A stretch of DNA of 64,000 nt. It comes from a virus. The DNA is taken from positions 11,557 through 75,556 of IMG/VR virus record IMGVR_UViG_3300037193_000639. The stretch is one strand, 5' to 3'. The translations under genes and the position numbers were made by a program. The notes below the pieces were generated by a model that was given only the letters and a program-made list of their open reading frames with translations, ran no database searches and was not told where the DNA came from. Shown piece after piece: positions 61,200 through 64,000 of this stretch. Positions within the stretch are counted from its first letter, which is position 1. The number at the start of each line of letters is the position of its first letter.

Positions 61200-61772
61200 A
61201 TGAAAAATTTTGAACTTGGGCAAGTTGTAAAGATTGTAAACGAAGAGGTAGCAAGAGATTGGTTTATTAGTAAGTTTCTAGGGGTGGAGTTCGAAGTAGA
61301 CAACCTTTCAGGTAGATCTGATAACTTTGAGAAGTGCACGCAATACAATAATTACTTCATCCCTCCCGAAGCTTGTGAGCTTGTAAAAGATCAGTATAAC
61401 GCTTTAGTTCAAGCAGCGAACCTACTTCGTGACGCTTGCTTCAATGCCTCATTCAATGCGGGATGGTGGCATGATGCAGATGGAAAATCTACACTGGACA
61501 ACCCTCTCACAGTGAGTAACAAACTGATGCTCATTGTATCAGAGGTTGTAGAAGCTATGGAAGGTGATCGTAAAGATGCTATGGATGATAAGCTGCCACA
61601 TCGTAAGATGATTGAAGTGGAATTAGCAGATGCTGTGATCAGGATTTGTGATCTCGCCGGTGCTCTCAATCTTGATATCGGTGGAGCTATCGCGGAGAAA
61701 ATGTCTTTCAACAGCACTCGCCCAGACCACAAGAAAGAAAACCGAGCAGCTAAAGGTGGGAAAAAGTATTAG
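61200..61772 (+). CDS. MazG-like nucleotide pyrophosphohydrolase
   Basis: LIVSEVVEAMEG.RK...EVELADAVIRI.D...EKM.FN..R. Confidence 0.85.
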   Translation: MKNFELGQVVKIVNEEVARDWFISKFLGVEFEVDNLSGRSDNFEKCTQYNNYFIPPEACELVKDQYNALVQAANLLRDACFNASFNAGWWHDADGKSTLDNPLTVSNKLMLIVSEVVEAMEGDRKDAMDDKLPHRKMIEVELADAVIRICDLAGALNLDIGGAIAEKMSFNSTRPDHKKENRAAKGGKKY

Positions 61773-61889
61773 AAGCAGCATGCCCTGGATTCCACCATCG
61801 GGGCAATTCCTAAGAATTGGAAACCTCTTTGGTGGATTTCGTTATACGCTTATTTTGAATAATTAGTATAACTTTTGAAGGAGACAATC

Positions 61890-62081
61890 ATGTATACCAT
61901 AGTATTAGCACTTATTGTAGCTTATGAGCCATACCCAACATTTGCTTTTCTGGATGAGTTTGAGACACTTGCAGATTGTCAGCAAGCTATTGAGAGAGAT
62001 GTCCCGAAAGATGCTCAAGAATTTGCAGGATGTATGACACTTGTAAAACCTGAGCATGCGAAGAAGTTGAAGGGTGTTTGA
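61890..62081 (+). CDS. Small hypothetical secreted/membrane protein
   Basis: RBS AAGGAG; hydrophobic N-terminus; F.T..DC motif. Confidence 0.55.
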   Translation: MYTIVLALIVAYEPYPTFAFLDEFETLADCQQAIERDVPKDAQEFAGCMTLVKPEHAKKLKGV

Positions 62082-62094
62082 GCTGGCACTTAAG

Positions 62095-62997
62095 CTACAC
62101 TTCTTCATCTTCTTTAAATTTCCAGTAGTGGCCTTTATACAACTTTCCGTCTCTGCAACGTGCTGCAATTGTTTCTGTTGACGATGGTTTGTTAGCATTT
62201 ACGGCTTGTTGAATGGATGAGTGTTCGGCCACTAAACTCATATCTTCATCATATTGCAGGATGATTTTATTTGTATGTCTAAGGAGACGACCATCTCTGA
62301 GCTTCTTTTGCAAAGCTTCTATATCACTTATGATACCTACAATGGAATCTTTGTGGTCTTGTTTTCTCCAGTAGAATCCTTTATACAACCTGTGAGCCAT
62401 CACTGTACATTCTAGAATATTACCTCTAAACTTGACATCACCTAAAGATCTTGCCGCGTCCATTGCAGATTTGTGAATTTTTATTAATACACCATCTGAA
62501 GAAAATTGGTAAATCCTAATTGCTGTAGCGTTCCCACCCGGATTGTCTGTCTTCAACTTTGTCTTCCATTCTTCATTATGTTTATATGGTTTTCGTTTAC
62601 CGCTTTCCAAATCTTTCTTCACAATCATACTTATAAGGTTTTTAGTCTCTTCTGAGTGCTGCCTGCCTAAAGTCCCTTGACCTCCCAAAGTCAGATTGTA
62701 TCCATTCGAGTCTTCGTAACCGATGAAAGACCTGTAGACGCATATGAAGTATGACTCCATTACGTTTAAAGTATGTTTTCCGTCCTTTGACTGGTACAAG
62801 ACTTCAAATTTGAAATTTTCGAAGCCATGTTTTCGCATTGCATTGTATAGGTAGTAATTATAAGAGTTACGTTTAGGGTTATTATGATTTGATTTATGGC
62901 AGGAGAGTCTTTGTTGTGGACTTTGAGATGTATAACCTATGTAAACTTTGCCATTAACTTCATTGGTAAATTTATATATTGAATGTATTGTTGACAT
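62095..62997 (-). CDS. GIY-YIG homing endonuclease with NUMOD3/NUMOD1-like repeats
   Basis: SIYKFTN..NGKVYIG.T; GYNLT.GG; HSEETK; two IxQ[FY]...S...A...Y KG..W repeats. Confidence 0.9.
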   Translation of the reverse strand: MSTIHSIYKFTNEVNGKVYIGYTSQSPQQRLSCHKSNHNNPKRNSYNYYLYNAMRKHGFENFKFEVLYQSKDGKHTLNVMESYFICVYRSFIGYEDSNGYNLTLGGQGTLGRQHSEETKNLISMIVKKDLESGKRKPYKHNEEWKTKLKTDNPGGNATAIRIYQFSSDGVLIKIHKSAMDAARSLGDVKFRGNILECTVMAHRLYKGFYWRKQDHKDSIVGIISDIEALQKKLRDGRLLRHTNKIILQYDEDMSLVAEHSSIQQAVNANKPSSTETIAARCRDGKLYKGHYWKFKEDEEV

Positions 62998-63032
62998 GTC
63001 TCAATTACTTTGTTATAGTTATATATAACTAC

Positions 63033-63295
63033 AGTATAACACAACTTTTGCCGTTTGTCAACAATTCTTGAGTAAAATTTGTCAACTTTTTGCCCAGACC
63101 TAAAAGTTTTCCAGAAAAATTTGTCACTTTTGCAAGGATTACATATGACTGTATGTGATTACTGTATAAAATGCGGCATATTTATATACACACTCAATCG
63201 GATTTGTTATGCTAAATGTCGAAATACTGGGATATGCCTACTAGTACCTGTAATCAAAGGTGCGCTTGACATACAATACGTATTTGCATTATACT
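63033..63295. promoter_or_regulatory. AT-rich divergent promoter region with direct repeats
   Basis: - strand TTGACA-17-TATACT (63061-63033); + strand TTGACA-18-TATACT (63266-63295); repeats AAAATTTGTCA(A)CTTTT. Confidence 0.7.
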
Positions 63296-63374
63296 AAAAA
63301 CATCTGCTTTACAACCCTCCAACCCTCATACCTCTCAGCAGATACGAACATACCTTTTAACTTTACAACAACAA

Positions 63375-63893
63375 ATGAAAACAATAGAAAATACAAAATT
63401 ACCGAATGTTATCTTTTTGGATATCGATGGGCCTCTCTGTACTCCTCGTGCATGTCTTGCAGTTGGTAACACTAACATGTACTCCTACCTAGACCCCATT
63501 GCATGCCTCCTCGTGAAGAAGCTTTGTGAGGAGTGCAATGCCAAGATCGTGATAAGCAGTGCTTGGAGACAGGAGTACAACCAAGAAGCTATGAGGGCCA
63601 TCCTAAACGCTAATTGTCCACGTCTAGGTGAATATATTTGGCGCAGCAATGTGTGGTGGAAGACAAGAGACTACGTGCACACTGCTGAGTGGCAGCAAAC
63701 AACAGATCGTGGAAGAGAGATTCAAAACTGGATAACTCTTCACGAGACAGAGTTCAACAACTTTGTAATTCTGGATGATATGGCGGATATGCGTCCACTG
63801 CAAGACAGTCTGGTGAAGTGCGACTGTTACGATGGCATGGGTTGGCACCAATACTACGCTGCCAAGAAGATCTTGATGGCAGAAGCCACTTGA
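63375..63893 (+). CDS. HAD-family phosphatase (Swiss-Army-knife RNA-repair-like HAD domain)
   Basis: IFLDIDG, IVISSAWR, RG.EI..W, FVILDD. Confidence 0.85.
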   Translation: MKTIENTKLPNVIFLDIDGPLCTPRACLAVGNTNMYSYLDPIACLLVKKLCEECNAKIVISSAWRQEYNQEAMRAILNANCPRLGEYIWRSNVWWKTRDYVHTAEWQQTTDRGREIQNWITLHETEFNNFVILDDMADMRPLQDSLVKCDCYDGMGWHQYYAAKKILMAEAT

Positions 63894-64000
63894 TGTCACA
63901 CTCCTCGGTATATGTTGTTAGAGACAAATAAGATAATTAGTTGGAAAATTCTGGGAAACTAAAAAATTTTTATGCAACTTCTTGTAGTAATGACAAAATC

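Noticed and set aside
38929-61772. 2-aminoadenine (Z) or other modified-base pathway suggested by DUF5664, MazG and the HD fragment
   Set aside because: No purZ or other base-modification synthase in the window; these hydrolases are common in ordinary phages.
1-64000. CRISPR array, tRNA genes, integrase/repressor, alternative genetic code
   Set aside because: No repeat-spacer array, cloverleaf or recombinase recognised by eye. Core genes translate intact in code 11. tRNAscan-SE was not run.

Overview
The window is 64 kb of a lytic, long non-contractile-tailed dsDNA phage (siphovirus morphology; no sheath gene and no integrase seen). The host is probably a proteobacterium, inferred from the sigma70 promoters, lipoproteins and DUF4214-like domains. 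Bases 1-25.6 kb (+ strand) hold morphogenesis and lysis genes: terL split by a 244-nt ORF-less group I intron, portal, S49 protease, decoration protein, lambda-E-like capsid, head-tail genes, tail tube, a tail chaperone with a -1 frameshift, tape measure, tail tip and fibre, a papain-like protease fused to DUF4214-like repeats, holin, lysozyme and a small lipoprotein. Bases 25.6-58.8 kb (- strand) hold replication and nucleotide metabolism genes: nrdAB, exonucleases, an M.HindIII-like methyltransferase, SSB, an intein-containing family A DNA polymerase, primase-helicase, thyX, ligase, two nucleotidyltransferase-like proteins and many small ORFs. Bases 59-64 kb hold small early-type genes, a MazG-like protein, a GIY-YIG nuclease and a HAD protein. 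At least 8 free-standing homing endonuclease-like genes are present. The strongest unexplained signal is a dispersed 16-bp palindrome, TTCTCA-N4-TGAGAA (6 perfect and 2 one-mismatch copies), mostly at gene junctions, with one copy inside the intron. Other notable items: the protease/DUF4214 module, AAGCTT enrichment matching the methyltransferase, and candidate structured RNAs. All calls come from reading motifs by eye; no database searches were run.
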